Assembly: GCA_963754945.1 (NCBI GenBank)
Contig: CAVWIG010000035.1
Span: forward strand, 1-48,259
DNA length: 48,259 nucleotides
Reading direction: 5' to 3'
Source of the DNA: Methanotrichaceae archaeon
Lineage (GTDB): Archaea; Halobacteriota; Methanosarcinia; Methanotrichales; Methanotrichaceae
A program made the translations under genes and the position numbers. Within the stretch, counting starts at the first letter, position 1; the number at the start of each line of letters is the position of its first letter. Below are positions 1-10,402 of this stretch, piece by piece. The notes beneath the pieces were generated by a model, which saw nothing but the letters and a program-made list of their open reading frames with translations, was not told the origin of the DNA and searched no databases.

Positions 1-260
1 TGTAACAACTGTCGCAAGAGCTGGAGTAAAATTCATGATGAATTCGGTCGTTTACAACCTGGAACAGTTGAAATATTTAGTGCATAAACAAACAGCCTAG
101 CGGAAGCTCTTAAAAAAGCGCAAAAATTAGAAACAACAAGGTAAATTGAAATCTAATAAGCCAATTTAGGGGTGAAATATGCTAAAAAACCACTATAAAG
201 ATTGAAAATATTAACGCAAGAATTTAAGGCTTCATTAACCAACACTAAATCGAAACCCTC
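1..260 (+). mobile_element. IS5-family element, copy 1 (3' part only; window starts inside the transposase)
   Basis: 2-100 encodes VTTVARAGVKFMMNSVVYNLEQLKYLVHKQTA*, identical to the C-terminus of the transposases at 9279 and 40571. Ends in terminal repeat TCGAAACCCTC at 260. Lacks one C after the stop relative to copies 2 and 3. Confidence 0.95.
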
Positions 261-327
261 AGTTAAATATTATGGGGTTAAATGACGCTTGCGCTTACAA
301 TCAAAGATTAAGAAGATGATAAAAAGA

Positions 328-1143
328 ATGAAGATGATAAAATCTGTGTTCCTTTCAACTGCTATCTTTTTAGCCCTTGCATCGTTTGCCTTGGTGCCCG
401 CACTAGCTGCAGATAACACGGTCAACAAGACTCAGTCAAGTCCTGTTCCAGTTTACGGCTATAAAATAATCAACGTTTATCCACACGACAAGACAGCCTT
501 TACAGAAGGGTTGGTCTACAATGGCAAAACGCTGTACGAAAGTACAGGACTTTACGATAACTCAACCCTCCGTCAGGTTGATTTAACGACAGGGCAAATT
601 CTGAAACTGCACAGATTGCCAGATGATTTTTTTGGGGAGGGACTAACTCTCTGGAAAGATCAACTAATCCAGCTCACATGGCAATCGGGAATAGGATTCG
701 TCTATGATAGGAAAAGCTTCAACCAGACCAGATCTTTTAGTTATTCCAGGGAAGGCTGGGGAATAACCAGCGATGGCCAGCGGTTGATAATGAGCGATGG
801 CTCAGACACGCTTTACTTTCTGAACCCGGAAACTTTCGAGGACATAGGATCGATAAGAGTAAAGGATAACGGCAATACGGTCAATCGGCTCAACGATCTT
901 CAGTACATCAAAGGCAAGGTGTACGCTAACGTCTATTTGACCAGCAGGATCGTCATCATCTCGCCAGAGACCGGGGAGGTCACAGGCTGGATCGATCTCC
1001 AGGGGCTTGTGGATCGAGAGAATCAATTAGGCAATGTTGATGTCCTAAACGGCATAGCCTATGAAGAAGACAAGGATCTGCTTATAGTAACAGGAAAGTT
1101 CTGGCCGGAGCTGTTCGAGATCCAGATACAGTCAAAAGCGTAA
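328..1143 (+). CDS. Secreted glutaminyl-peptide cyclotransferase (type I, plant/bacterial-like glutamine cyclotransferase)
   Basis: Signal peptide; motifs YPHD..AFTEGL, LYESTG, FFGEGL, QLTW, EGWG, MSDGS, VLNGIA, TGK.WP. Start uncertain (ATG at 316, 328 or 334; track uses TTG 289). Confidence 0.88.
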   Translation: MKMIKSVFLSTAIFLALASFALVPALAADNTVNKTQSSPVPVYGYKIINVYPHDKTAFTEGLVYNGKTLYESTGLYDNSTLRQVDLTTGQILKLHRLPDDFFGEGLTLWKDQLIQLTWQSGIGFVYDRKSFNQTRSFSYSREGWGITSDGQRLIMSDGSDTLYFLNPETFEDIGSIRVKDNGNTVNRLNDLQYIKGKVYANVYLTSRIVIISPETGEVTGWIDLQGLVDRENQLGNVDVLNGIAYEEDKDLLIVTGKFWPELFEIQIQSKA

Positions 1144-1162
1144 AGAGTGCTAGGTTGCGAGA

Positions 1163-1507
1163 TTGCTGCATAGGGAAGCTCCTCGCCTCAACAGGAGATT
1201 GATCAGGTCCTGGCAGGTCTACAGGAGATACCAGGACGGGCTAGACGACGCTGATGTTAAGGAGCTGGCCATTCACCGAAGAGTAAGCCGGTTGAACTAT
1301 TCCCGGAGATGTGCAGAGGCCTCGGCTGTCCAGGCTCACATGAAGCAGGGCCTCCCTCTGGCACCAGGGATGGAGATCGGTTACGTTATTAGGGATGCCC
1401 GCAAATGGGAGGTTGATCCAGAGAGAATTGCATCGAAGTTCGATGCTGGCTATTACAGAGGATTGCTGGAAAAGGCTTGGTCAGAGGCGGCGTTTGTTTT
1501 AAGGTGA
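1163..1507 (+). pseudogene. C-terminal fragment of a family-B DNA polymerase (PolB2-like)
   Basis: ELAIHRRVSRLNY...PGMEIGYVIRDA...FDAGYYRGLLEKA resembles the PolB thumb/C-terminus. No catalytic N-terminal part; directly abuts the upstream gene. Confidence 0.7.
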
Positions 1508-1829
1508 TAAAGACGCTCTGAATTGTTGAGTTGACCGCCCCCGGCCGGGTTGATTTGGATCTATTGCACTCCGTTCGCTCTTGAGAACAAGCTCATCTAC
1601 CTCTGCGGAAAATTGATTTTAGAGTCATCGCTCATATATATTGGTGTTGGCAAATCTGAGTGTAGTTGGGACTATATCCCGGTATTTTCTTAATAGTCCT
1701 TTAAGCCTGCGAGATGTTGGCGAAAAGGATTCCTATGAGCATCTTTTTCCGAAAAGGCAAAAGAATTAGTACTTTCCCCCAAATGTACGTGTGAGGTTGC
1801 TTGTGCGCTATAGTGGTGCAGGAGTTCTT

Positions 1830-2466
1830 CATGAGCGATTTAGGTGTCCCGTCCAGCCAGCGGTATTATGGGCTGGGGCTGTGCTGGTGTTGGTCATCGG
1901 CTTCTCCATTTTCGCCTGATCGCTCTTTTCAGGCATAACTGGATGGACCGGTGGCTTGATCCAGCTAGTTGCACCTGGAACTATCGACTTGAACCCAAAC
2001 GAAGTTGGTGAATACACCATATTCTACGAGAACCAAAGCTATGATGACGGCAGATTTTTCCATAGCGGCGATAACATCCCGGTCTTCAAATAGAGGTTAT
2101 AGAGAAGTCCACAGGGAACAAGATTCTACCTATTCGCCGCCGGGCAGCCTCACATACAGCATGGGCAACCGATTTGGAAGGGCCATCCTGACTTTCCAGG
2201 TGAGTGGTCCAGGCATCTATCGGATCAAAGCGTCTTATCATCCGGGTCACGAGGGGCAGCAGGTGGTTCTGGCGGTTGGTCACGGTTTTATGGAGGGTAT
2301 ACTCCCTACTGTGGCAATATCGTTGGCTGCATTCTTCGGCTCGCTGATCATCGCAGCAGCTTTGGTAATCACGATCCATAAAAGGAGACATCAAGCACAG
2401 GAGCGGTTGCGTGAGGAGGAGCGACTAATTCGGGGTGAAAGGCCTCCGAATCGACGGAGATTCTGA
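1830..2466 (+). pseudogene. Degenerate two-TM membrane protein (N-terminal TM, extracellular beta domain, C-terminal TM)
   Basis: Reading can be stitched across several frameshifts and a TGA: MSDLGVP..RYYGL / AVLVLVIGFSIFA*SLFSG..QLVAPGTIDL..GEYTIFYEN.. / TYSMGNRFGRAILTF..PGIY..TM. Confidence 0.55.
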
Positions 2467-2762
2467 TAATGCGTCAAATTCGAAATCCGGGCACCCATCT
2501 GGGAGACTCTCTTTGAGAAGGCCCGAAGCATTGAGTTTGGCGCCTCTTTTCCTGTCAAACATGAAATATGAGTGCCCCTAAATTGTTAAATTAATCTTTG
2601 ATTTGAACTTAAATCAATATCTGCTTTGATCGACATCCTAGAACCTCATCCATTAAGCTTATCATTGAATACTCCATACCGAGAGTAGAGTGGCCTTGAA
2701 CCAATTCGTAACAAGGTTTGAGTTTATAGAGTGGGATGACCATAAACAGGAGGTTTAAAGTT

Positions 2763-3455
2763 ATGAAGATTAGAATATTAATCCTATCGTTTGTACTTAT
2801 TCTCGCTTTCTCTGCCATAGCTGTGTATGCAGTCAATTGGGACAATCCATCATCCCAATCAGTAGACCAAATGCTCTCCGGGTCCGAAACCGAGTACAAT
2901 AATACTCCCGCAGGAGAACACATGAACCCGGCTGCCGCCAGATCTGACGAGTCGGGACAAAAAGGAAGGGACATACTAAATGTACCCATGGGCGGGAAGC
3001 TCGGTACAGATAGTCTTACCGCCAAGGGTGCGCGAGATCAAGATTTGTCTCAGACAAGTACAGTCCAGAATGTAGCAGCCAATACAACCGCTGCGCCCAC
3101 ACCAGCCCAAGTAGCCTCCACTACTGAACCGACATCGGTTTCGGGCGGCTGGTCTCTGGAGCTTACCGATAGCGCCTCGCACACTGCAGCCCTTACCCTG
3201 TCCCAGAGCGGAGATGCCGTCTTCGGTACAGGTAACGTGAACTTGGATGACAACACAACCATGATGGCTGCTGCCAGCGGAACCCTAATTGGTAGAGAGC
3301 TCAACCTGGATATTGTAACACTAGGAAAAGTGAACTTATACAGGCTAACGCTGATGGTTAGCGGAGAGTCGGCAACAGGAAACTATACCGCCTACAGCCC
3401 AAGTTCATCTCCTTCGACAGGAACAGCCAAGGGTACCAGAACAGTAGCACCTTAA
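2763..3455 (+). CDS. Secreted hypothetical protein, paralog 1 of a tandem beta-rich domain family
   Basis: GGAGGT before ATG 2763, signal peptide, T/A/P-rich linker, C-terminal domain VSGGWSLELTD..SQSGDAVFGTG..NLYRLTL..GNY shared with 4793. Confidence 0.8.
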   Translation: MKIRILILSFVLILAFSAIAVYAVNWDNPSSQSVDQMLSGSETEYNNTPAGEHMNPAAARSDESGQKGRDILNVPMGGKLGTDSLTAKGARDQDLSQTSTVQNVAANTTAAPTPAQVASTTEPTSVSGGWSLELTDSASHTAALTLSQSGDAVFGTGNVNLDDNTTMMAAASGTLIGRELNLDIVTLGKVNLYRLTLMVSGESATGNYTAYSPSSSPSTGTAKGTRTVAP

Positions 3456-3559
3456 GATTGCACTTTAAGGCTTTTCGCCTGGCCTAATCATCATTAATTG
3501 CCAGGCTAGTGCACCATAACGCAAGTTTTAAATCTTATAAAAGGTCTAGAATATAGATC

Positions 3560-3994
3560 GTGGCAAGAAAAACAATATTCTGTGTGAAACTGGAAGAGAA
3601 AGAACGAGAAGAGTTGAACCAGTACATCCGTCGTGGGAAGTCGTCTGCAAGGAGTTTAACTCGCGCAAGAATACTGCTCCTGGCCGATGGAGGGCAATCC
3701 GATGCGGAGATCATTGATGCATTGAAGGCGAGCAGAACGACAATAGTGAGGATAAGAAAGAGATATTTCGAGGGTGGCCTGGAATCTGCATTGAATGAAA
3801 GATCTCGCAGTGGAGCGCCTCCGAAGATAGATGCACGAGTTGAGGCTAAACTGACCGGCATTGCTTGCTCAGATCCGCCTGAAGGCAGATCGAGATGGAC
3901 GCTGAATCTATTGGCCGACAAGCTTGTTGAGCTGGGGGAAGTGGACTCGATCTCAGGAATGAGCGTTTGCAGAGCGTTAAAAAAAATGAAATAA
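3560..3994 (+). CDS. IS630 transposase OrfA (HTH DNA-binding part)
   Basis: RARILLLAD..., RSGAPPK, ACSDPPEGRSRWTL.LLA; ends just after the A8 slippery run at 3979-3986. Confidence 0.9.
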   Translation: MARKTIFCVKLEEKEREELNQYIRRGKSSARSLTRARILLLADGGQSDAEIIDALKASRTTIVRIRKRYFEGGLESALNERSRSGAPPKIDARVEAKLTGIACSDPPEGRSRWTLNLLADKLVELGEVDSISGMSVCRALKKMK

Positions 3995-4608
3995 AGCCAT
4001 GGCTCAAACAGCGATGGTGCATAGGGAGCATGACGAGCGAATATATCTGGAACATGGAAAATGTATTAACTCTGTACGAGCAACCATATGATCCGAGGCA
4101 TCCTGTGGTTTGTTTCGACGAGAGGCCATGCCAACTGATAGGCGATGTCTTAGTGCCTATACCCATGAAACCAGGCAGTCCGAAGAAGGTGCATTATGAA
4201 TACGTCCGTAACGGGACATGTTGCATCCTTATTGCCTTTGACCTTCATGCAGGAAAAAGAATGATTCGTGTCATGGAGCACAGAACAAGGGTGGACTATG
4301 CCCATTTCATGAAAGAACTTACCCAGCAATATCCGAATGTAGAATCCATTCGACTGGTCCAGGATAATCTCAATACGCATACTTCAGGCTCATTTTATAA
4401 TGCTTTTGCGCCTGAAGAGGCGTTTGAGCTGGCTAAGGAGTTCGAATATTATTATACGCCAAAGAAAGGTAGCTGGCTCAACATGGCTGAGATAGAACTC
4501 TCAGCCCTATCGAAGCAATGCCTCGATCGTCGGATTGGAGACATCGATACTTTAACCAAAGAGGCTTCGGTGTGGCACAAGAACGTAACGCAAAAAAAAC
4601 TACTGTAA
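3967..4608 (+). CDS. IS630 transposase OrfB (DDE), reached by -1 frameshift; C-terminal tail out of frame
   Basis: KKNEIKPW, VCFDE, LVQDNLNTH, YTPKKGSWLNMAEIE. The tail ERNAKKTTVRWKFTKNDARLKL lies in another frame after about 4574. Confidence 0.88.
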   Translation: MQSVKKNEIKPWLKQRWCIGSMTSEYIWNMENVLTLYEQPYDPRHPVVCFDERPCQLIGDVLVPIPMKPGSPKKVHYEYVRNGTCCILIAFDLHAGKRMIRVMEHRTRVDYAHFMKELTQQYPNVESIRLVQDNLNTHTSGSFYNAFAPEEAFELAKEFEYYYTPKKGSWLNMAEIELSALSKQCLDRRIGDIDTLTKEASVWHKNVTQKKLL

Positions 4609-4792
4609 GATGGAAATTCACGAAGAATGATGCAAGATTAAAGCTAAACAGGCATTATATTAATTTGCAAAATTAATGTTATGATGCACTAGCCTCAATA
4701 TATTCTCTTTTTGACATTCATGTAGAGTTCATCAGAAGGATACATTTAAACCCTTGAAATGATGATGCACTTCTAAATGGGGAGGTTTATTA

Positions 4793-5416
4793 ATGGGATT
4801 CAGAAATTCGATACTGATCTTAGCAGTAATGATATGTTCGGCCTCACAAGTGTTGGCTCAGGATAGCTATAATATCGGCCCGATATCGGAAGATGTGAAA
4901 AAATCATTCCAGAACGAGGATTTATTCAATACGAGTGCAGCGACAGGCATGAGCCCTAATGCTACTGCTAATCTAGTGAAGTATCCGATCGTAGTAGTAC
5001 GTGGATCGGCCCTGGTAAGTGGCTCATGGTCGCTCAACCTAAGAGACACGGCGGCCAGCACCATGAGGTTAAACCTCAATCAGTACCAGGACGCGGTATT
5101 TGGTTCTGGAGACATTACCATAGGAGGCATAGTGACCAACGTATCCGTTGGCGGAACGATAGTAGGAAACAGGCTTAACCTTTACGCGACGACCGAGGGA
5201 AATAACAACCTTTACAGGATGACACTCACTGTGGCTCCAGGCTCTATGAACGGCAACTACTTGTTCACTGCACCAGGAATAACTCATCCTGGAATAGTAT
5301 ACGGCAGCCTTACAGCACCAGCGCAGACAATACCGGTACAAACGGGCGCCCCCGTATCATACAACCAGCCGATCCAGCCAACAACGATGCCTATTGGGCC
5401 AAAAAACCAATACTAA
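4793..5416 (+). CDS. Secreted hypothetical protein, paralog 2 of the tandem beta-rich family
   Basis: GGAGG RBS, signal peptide ending VLA-Q, domain VSGSWSLNLRD..QDAVFGSG..NLYRMTL..GNY. Confidence 0.8.
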   Translation: MGFRNSILILAVMICSASQVLAQDSYNIGPISEDVKKSFQNEDLFNTSAATGMSPNATANLVKYPIVVVRGSALVSGSWSLNLRDTAASTMRLNLNQYQDAVFGSGDITIGGIVTNVSVGGTIVGNRLNLYATTEGNNNLYRMTLTVAPGSMNGNYLFTAPGITHPGIVYGSLTAPAQTIPVQTGAPVSYNQPIQPTTMPIGPKNQY

Positions 5417-5590
5417 TTTAACAGGCCAGGATAAGGACGAACAGCCTGGCAAGTCTCCAATTTTTCTGCTCTGTCCTTGGTTGTTAAACGGCTTGATCTA
5501 GCTAATTTGACTCAAGGTGGGATAACCCTTCAAACCTGGCAAATCGAGGAGTGTTCGAGGGCTCCTATCAGGTACGAGTTCTTTATCACA

Positions 5591-6106
5591 ATGATGCTAT
5601 TATTCATTTTCTATGGGTTTTCCGACGCCAAGTGTGCTTGTGGACCTAGGGGGGGGCCGCAAGCTATGACTTTTTCGGGGATCCGGCTATAAATATGGAT
5701 ATATCGAACTTCGATGAGTTCGTAAGCGACAACTTTTAGATATGCAGAGCAAAGTATCCGCCAAAATGGTTTTTAACCGCAGGTAGAAATAATCGGTTTC
5801 ACCGTCAAGCCAAAGTCGATGAGAAATTATCGTTGAACCTCAACGATAGAAGTAATACGATCATGAACGTCTTCCAGGCGAGCGGCGAAGTCTTGGCATA
5901 GGTACTGTTACGTTTGGAAATAAGACAGAACGATTGAGGGCCTTTGGAAAAGAGGATGGGGATATGATGAGTATGAACCTGGTCGTCCTTGACAGCAATC
6001 TGTACCAGCTTGAGCTGGTGGTGAAGGTGGATCTGTTTCGGGAAATTATTGCAGATTAACCTCCGAAGGCAAAATACTGCCTGGGACCGCTGTCGTTATG
6101 GGATGA
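5591..6106 (+). pseudogene. Degenerate paralog 3 of the tandem secreted family
   Basis: Stitched across frameshifts: signal-like MMLLFIFYG.., then KLSLNLNDRSNTIMNVFQASGEV-GIGTVTFG..NLYQLELVVK-GSVSGNY..PGTAV, colinear with paralogs 1 and 2. Confidence 0.65.
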
Positions 6107-6157
6107 AAAGACGATTTGATCTGATCAAAGAAGGTGGAGCCTGACAGAGACAGAGGC

Positions 6158-7495
6158 TCACATCTTCGTTCCAGGCCCCATCTTTTTCATGAGCCGTTTC
6201 ATGTTCATCTTACCCATCCCGCCTCTCATGCCCTTGATGGCCTTCTGCATGGCCTGATGAGCCTTGAGGAGCTCCCTGACGATTTCGGGAGTTGTTCCAC
6301 TCCCAAGGTAGATTCTTTTCATCCTGGAAGCGGTTATTATCTTGGGATCTTCAAGCTCTGCCTCGGTCATGGAGTCCATTATCACCCTGTACTTGTCCAG
6401 ACGGTCCTTTGTTGCCTGGTACTCTTTATCGGATAGCTCAAGCCCGAGTCCTCCTATGGGAAGCATTTGCATTATCTGCTTCAGCGGGCCCAGCTTGTTC
6501 ATGGCCTCCATCTGCTTATACATGTCCTTGAGGGTGAACTTGCCGCGCATCATGGACTCGACGTCCACTTCCTCATCTGCTTGAATTTCCTGGGCCCTCT
6601 CCACAAGGGTTTTGATGTCTCCCATGCCTAACAGGCGAGATATGAACCTATCCGCCTCAAAGCGCTCCAAGTCGTTGGGAGTCTCGCCGACTCCTATGAA
6701 GGCAACAGAGGTCTTGGTCTCTGCAACAGCGCTCAAGGCACCCCCGCCCTTTGCAGTTCCGTCCAGTTTGGTTATTATAACGCCCGTTATCTGAACCGCT
6801 TCGTCGAATGCCTTGGCTTGCTCGCTGGCCTGCTGGCCTAGAGCTGCATCCATAACCAGAAGCTTGTGGTCCGCATTGGCGACGGCATGGATGTCCTTCA
6901 TCTCCTGGATCAGATTGGATTCCAGAGCGTGTCGGCCCGCTGTGTCCACTATACGCACGTCGTACTTCTTGGCGGCCTCGAGGCCGTTTCTGGCAACTGC
7001 AGCAGCATCCGGGTTTCCTTTCTCGCCGTAAAAGAACACCCCCTGCTTCTCGCAAAGGGCCTTGAGCTGGTCGTAGGCCCCGGCTCGGAAGGTGTCTGCG
7101 CAGATCACAGCGGAGCGCAACCCTTTTCTCTGGAAGAAGGTGGCAAGCTTAGCGGCGGTTGTGGTCTTACCTGAGCCCTGGAGACCTACCAGCATTATGG
7201 TCTGCTTCTTGAGGGCTATGTCCGAGCTTTTACCTACAAGGTTGATCAGCTCCTGGTAGACGATGTTTATTACGTGCTCCCTTGGGTTCATGCCAGCCGG
7301 TGGCTTTTCGTCTAGTGCCCTCTCCTTTATCCGGTTTGACAGGGTCATGACCAGTTTTACGTTCACATCCGCTTGTAACAGCGCACGCTGAATCTCCCTG
7401 ACGGCTTCATCCACCAGGGGCTTGTCAACCTTCGTTGCAGAAGCAATTCTCCTCAGCGCATTGCGCAGAGATCCACCCAAGTTGTCCAGCACCAT
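6158..7495 (-). CDS. srp54: Signal recognition particle protein SRP54
   Basis: NG domain ([24 protein letters not shown]), SRLLGMGD, Met-rich M domain; archaeal-type N-terminus. Confidence 0.98.
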   Translation of the reverse strand: MVLDNLGGSLRNALRRIASATKVDKPLVDEAVREIQRALLQADVNVKLVMTLSNRIKERALDEKPPAGMNPREHVINIVYQELINLVGKSSDIALKKQTIMLVGLQGSGKTTTAAKLATFFQRKGLRSAVICADTFRAGAYDQLKALCEKQGVFFYGEKGNPDAAAVARNGLEAAKKYDVRIVDTAGRHALESNLIQEMKDIHAVANADHKLLVMDAALGQQASEQAKAFDEAVQITGVIITKLDGTAKGGGALSAVAETKTSVAFIGVGETPNDLERFEADRFISRLLGMGDIKTLVERAQEIQADEEVDVESMMRGKFTLKDMYKQMEAMNKLGPLKQIMQMLPIGGLGLELSDKEYQATKDRLDKYRVIMDSMTEAELEDPKIITASRMKRIYLGSGTTPEIVRELLKAHQAMQKAIKGMRGGMGKMNMKRLMKKMGPGTKM

Positions 7496-7620
7496 AAAGC
7501 TCCAGCCTATAGAAAAAGCGCGCGGACCTTATAAATTGTTCCTCTTACTGAAACTCTGGCATGGGAACTGGTACATCTTTTCTGTTTTGATACGAAATAT
7601 TCATCGGCACTAAGATAGCC

Positions 7621-8232
7621 CTATTGAAGTCCGATCATAGCGCCGTACTTGGAATAAACTTCTTTGACCAGCTCGGCTGCTTTTGGATTGTTCCAATCGT
7701 GCATCCATTCCGATACCAATGACTCAAGTGTAATCGTGACGACTCCTGCCTGCAACATTCTCTTAACTCCATACTTGTGCGCATCTAGAGTCGAGTCACC
7801 AGCAGCATCAATCAGTCCATAAACATCATATTCCTCTTTTAAAGCGTGCAGTGCGGTGTATGCAAAACACATGCTGGTCCACAATCCAGAAATGACAACT
7901 TTTTTCCGTCCTAATTTCTTTACAGCATTCAGGGTTCTTTCGTCTTCGAAAGCGTCAAAACTCGGCACCTTTCGTGCAAATACTTCTTGATTTGGGAATA
8001 TCTTGGTGATTTCCGGAATAAACTCTCCCAACGATTTAGGATTAATTGACGACAAAACAACAGGAACGCCCAGGATGCTTGCAGCTTTTGCCGCTCCGAT
8101 AGCTGCACTCTTGATTATGGTTTTATCTCCTGAACTGACACTCTTAAACATCGAAGGCTGATAGTCAACTAAAACCAAAACACTATTCTTATCCGTTAAT
8201 AGCTCCAATTTTCCGTCTATTAAGTTTGCCAT
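7621..8232 (-). CDS. Isochorismatase-family (YcaC-like) cysteine hydrolase
   Basis: LVLVDYQP, GLWTSMC, DAAGD; GGAGG upstream of ATG 8232 (track start 8268). Confidence 0.88.
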   Translation of the reverse strand: MANLIDGKLELLTDKNSVLVLVDYQPSMFKSVSSGDKTIIKSAAIGAAKAASILGVPVVLSSINPKSLGEFIPEITKIFPNQEVFARKVPSFDAFEDERTLNAVKKLGRKKVVISGLWTSMCFAYTALHALKEEYDVYGLIDAAGDSTLDAHKYGVKRMLQAGVVTITLESLVSEWMHDWNNPKAAELVKEVYSKYGAMIGLQ

Positions 8233-9117
8233 TCTTGTCTCCTCCTTTAGCGATACACTTTTACACACTCAATCAAATTGCAGACTTATCTCCTTTAAAC
8301 TCATACCGATTCTTCCCGCTCTTGTTCGTTCTTATCCTTCGATATGGCAGCCGTCACAGAACGGTTTGTTCTACGATCTTCTGCACCGATGGCGGAGTGT
8401 GCCTTCGCCAGTTTGACTTAGTGCCTGACAAACGTCCCGTTATTGTACTCCTCAAAAGCGATACGCAATTCATCTTTCGTGTTCATAACAATAGGACCGT
8501 ACCAAGCGATCGGTTCACCGATGGGCTTTCCTGAAATTAGCAGGAACCGGACAGTATCTGCGTCGGTTGAAACCAGAACCTGATCCCCATCACCAAAAAG
8601 GACAAGATCTCCGTTGGCAAGGAAGGGATCTCGTTGCATATCGAAATAGTTAGCGCCTTCCATTTCATAGGAAAATGGTTTCTTCTCCTTGCAGAAGTAC
8701 CCCTTTCCACCTATGACGTAAGCCAGCACTATGTGTCCGCGTTTGGTAGGATGAGTGAACTTCGATCCAACGGGGACGGTCACATCGAGGTATTCTGGAT
8801 CGATTACGATGTCTCGAACGGGACCTTGTCTATTTCCTACGCTTCCACAAATGACTCTGATTTTTGTGCCATTCTCCAGCGATACCTCCGGGATTTGATC
8901 GCTTTTCACGTCCCTATAACGTGGACCCATCATTTTGTGAGATTTGGGGAGATTGGCCCAGAGCTGAAATCCGTACATCAAACCGTCTGTGTCTCCTTTG
9001 GGCATCTCTTGGTGTATAATTCCGCTTCCGGCAGTCATCCATTGAACGTCGCCTGATGAAATAATCCCTTTGTTTCCCATGCTGTCCCCGTGTTCTACGT
9101 CACCACGAAGAACATAG

Positions 9118-10402
9118 GAGGGTTTCGATTTAGTGTTGGTTAATGAAGCCTTAAATTCTTGCGTTAATATTTTCAATCTTTATAGTGGTTTTTTAGCATA
9201 TTTCACCCCTAAATTGGCTTATTAGATTTCAATTTACCTTGTTGTTTCTAATTTTTGCGCTTTTTTAGAGAGCTTCCGCTAGGCTGTTTGTTTATGCACT
9301 AAATATTTCAACTGTTCCAGGTTGTAAACGACCGAATTCATCATGAATTTTACTCCAGCTCTTGCGACAGTTGTTACATAAACATGTGCTCCCTTATGCC
9401 CCCGCTTCATAACAGCGAAGCATCTTTCGATGTGCGATCGCGTTTTACTGATTCTCTTATTCCTCAGAAGATCTATGATTCCAAGCTTGTGACCTCTTGT
9501 AGCTTTTTTCATGGCTGCATCATATCCTCGAGTTTTTGCACCATCATATCCCTTATCGGCGTAACGTGGTAGCCCTTCAATTCCAAGATCTACCTGACTA
9601 TCGTGTACAGAAGCAGTTGTAGTCTCAAAATATCTGATAAGGTGGTAATTGGTATCGATTGAGATATGACCTTTATATCCGAAAAAGGATTTGACACCCT
9701 TTTTTGCCCAACTTCCCTCATTTATTGGCTCTTCTTCGAGTCTCTGTGGTTTGGCCTTGTCATCAATAATATTATTTGAAATACCAATTAGCTCTTTATC
9801 AAACTCCTGATTCAGGCTCGTACTGGTGGCTTCGGAATCTTGACCTTCCTTTTTGTCCCCGCCTTGCTCGTCTTTCTTGTTCCTCTTCCGACCTGGGTCC
9901 GAAGTTATGAAGGTTGCATCCTGGATAGTGCCATTCTTTACAGTAAACCCCATCTCATCGAGCTGCCTTTGAAGCTCATTCCAAAGATCATCGTATACGT
10001 CGCACTTAATCAAACGTTCACGGAATAGCCAAACTGTGCTGAAATCAGGAATTACTTCAGTGGTGCCAAGGAAAATACGAAAAGAGATCCTATCCGCAAC
10101 CTGTCGCTCCAGTTCTGGATCTGTTAGACCAAACCAATGCTGAATTACGAGAGCTTTCACCATAATCACGATGTCAATGTTCGGACGACCTCCGCGGCTA
10201 GTTTTATTTTTGTATATCAATGGTTCCAAAAATCTGAAACGCTCCCAATTGATCAACGATCCGATCTCGGATAGATCATCTCCGAGGGCTTTTACTCGAG
10301 CATATTCTGCTCGAATGGCAAAATCAATGAGAGTCCTCATGCATTATATTATAGTATTAATAGTATATAAGTATTTCGATTGATTAGTTTTTCGAAACTC
10401 TC
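9118..10402 (-). mobile_element. IS5-family element, copy 2 (1285 bp)
   Basis: TIRs GAGGGTTTCGA / TCGAAACTCTC; 4-bp target duplication ATAG on both sides. Confidence 0.96.
9279..10340 (-). CDS. IS5-family DDE transposase
   Basis: GGRP, LTDPELE..DRISFR.F, PDFSTVWLFRE, IQDATFI, FFGYK.H, YADKGY, R..IER.F..MK. Confidence 0.95.
   Translation of the reverse strand: MRTLIDFAIRAEYARVKALGDDLSEIGSLINWERFRFLEPLIYKNKTSRGGRPNIDIVIMVKALVIQHWFGLTDPELERQVADRISFRIFLGTTEVIPDFSTVWLFRERLIKCDVYDDLWNELQRQLDEMGFTVKNGTIQDATFITSDPGRKRNKKDEQGGDKKEGQDSEATSTSLNQEFDKELIGISNNIIDDKAKPQRLEEEPINEGSWAKKGVKSFFGYKGHISIDTNYHLIRYFETTTASVHDSQVDLGIEGLPRYADKGYDGAKTRGYDAAMKKATRGHKLGIIDLLRNKRISKTRSHIERCFAVMKRGHKGAHVYVTTVARAGVKFMMNSVVYNLEQLKYLVHKQTA

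Larger units (their letters stand above)
3509..4689 (+). mobile_element. IS630-family insertion sequence
   Basis: Terminal inverted repeats GTGCACCATAAC / GTTATGATGCAC flanked by TA duplication (3507-8, 4690-1). Two overlapping ORFs (HTH + DDE). Confidence 0.93.
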
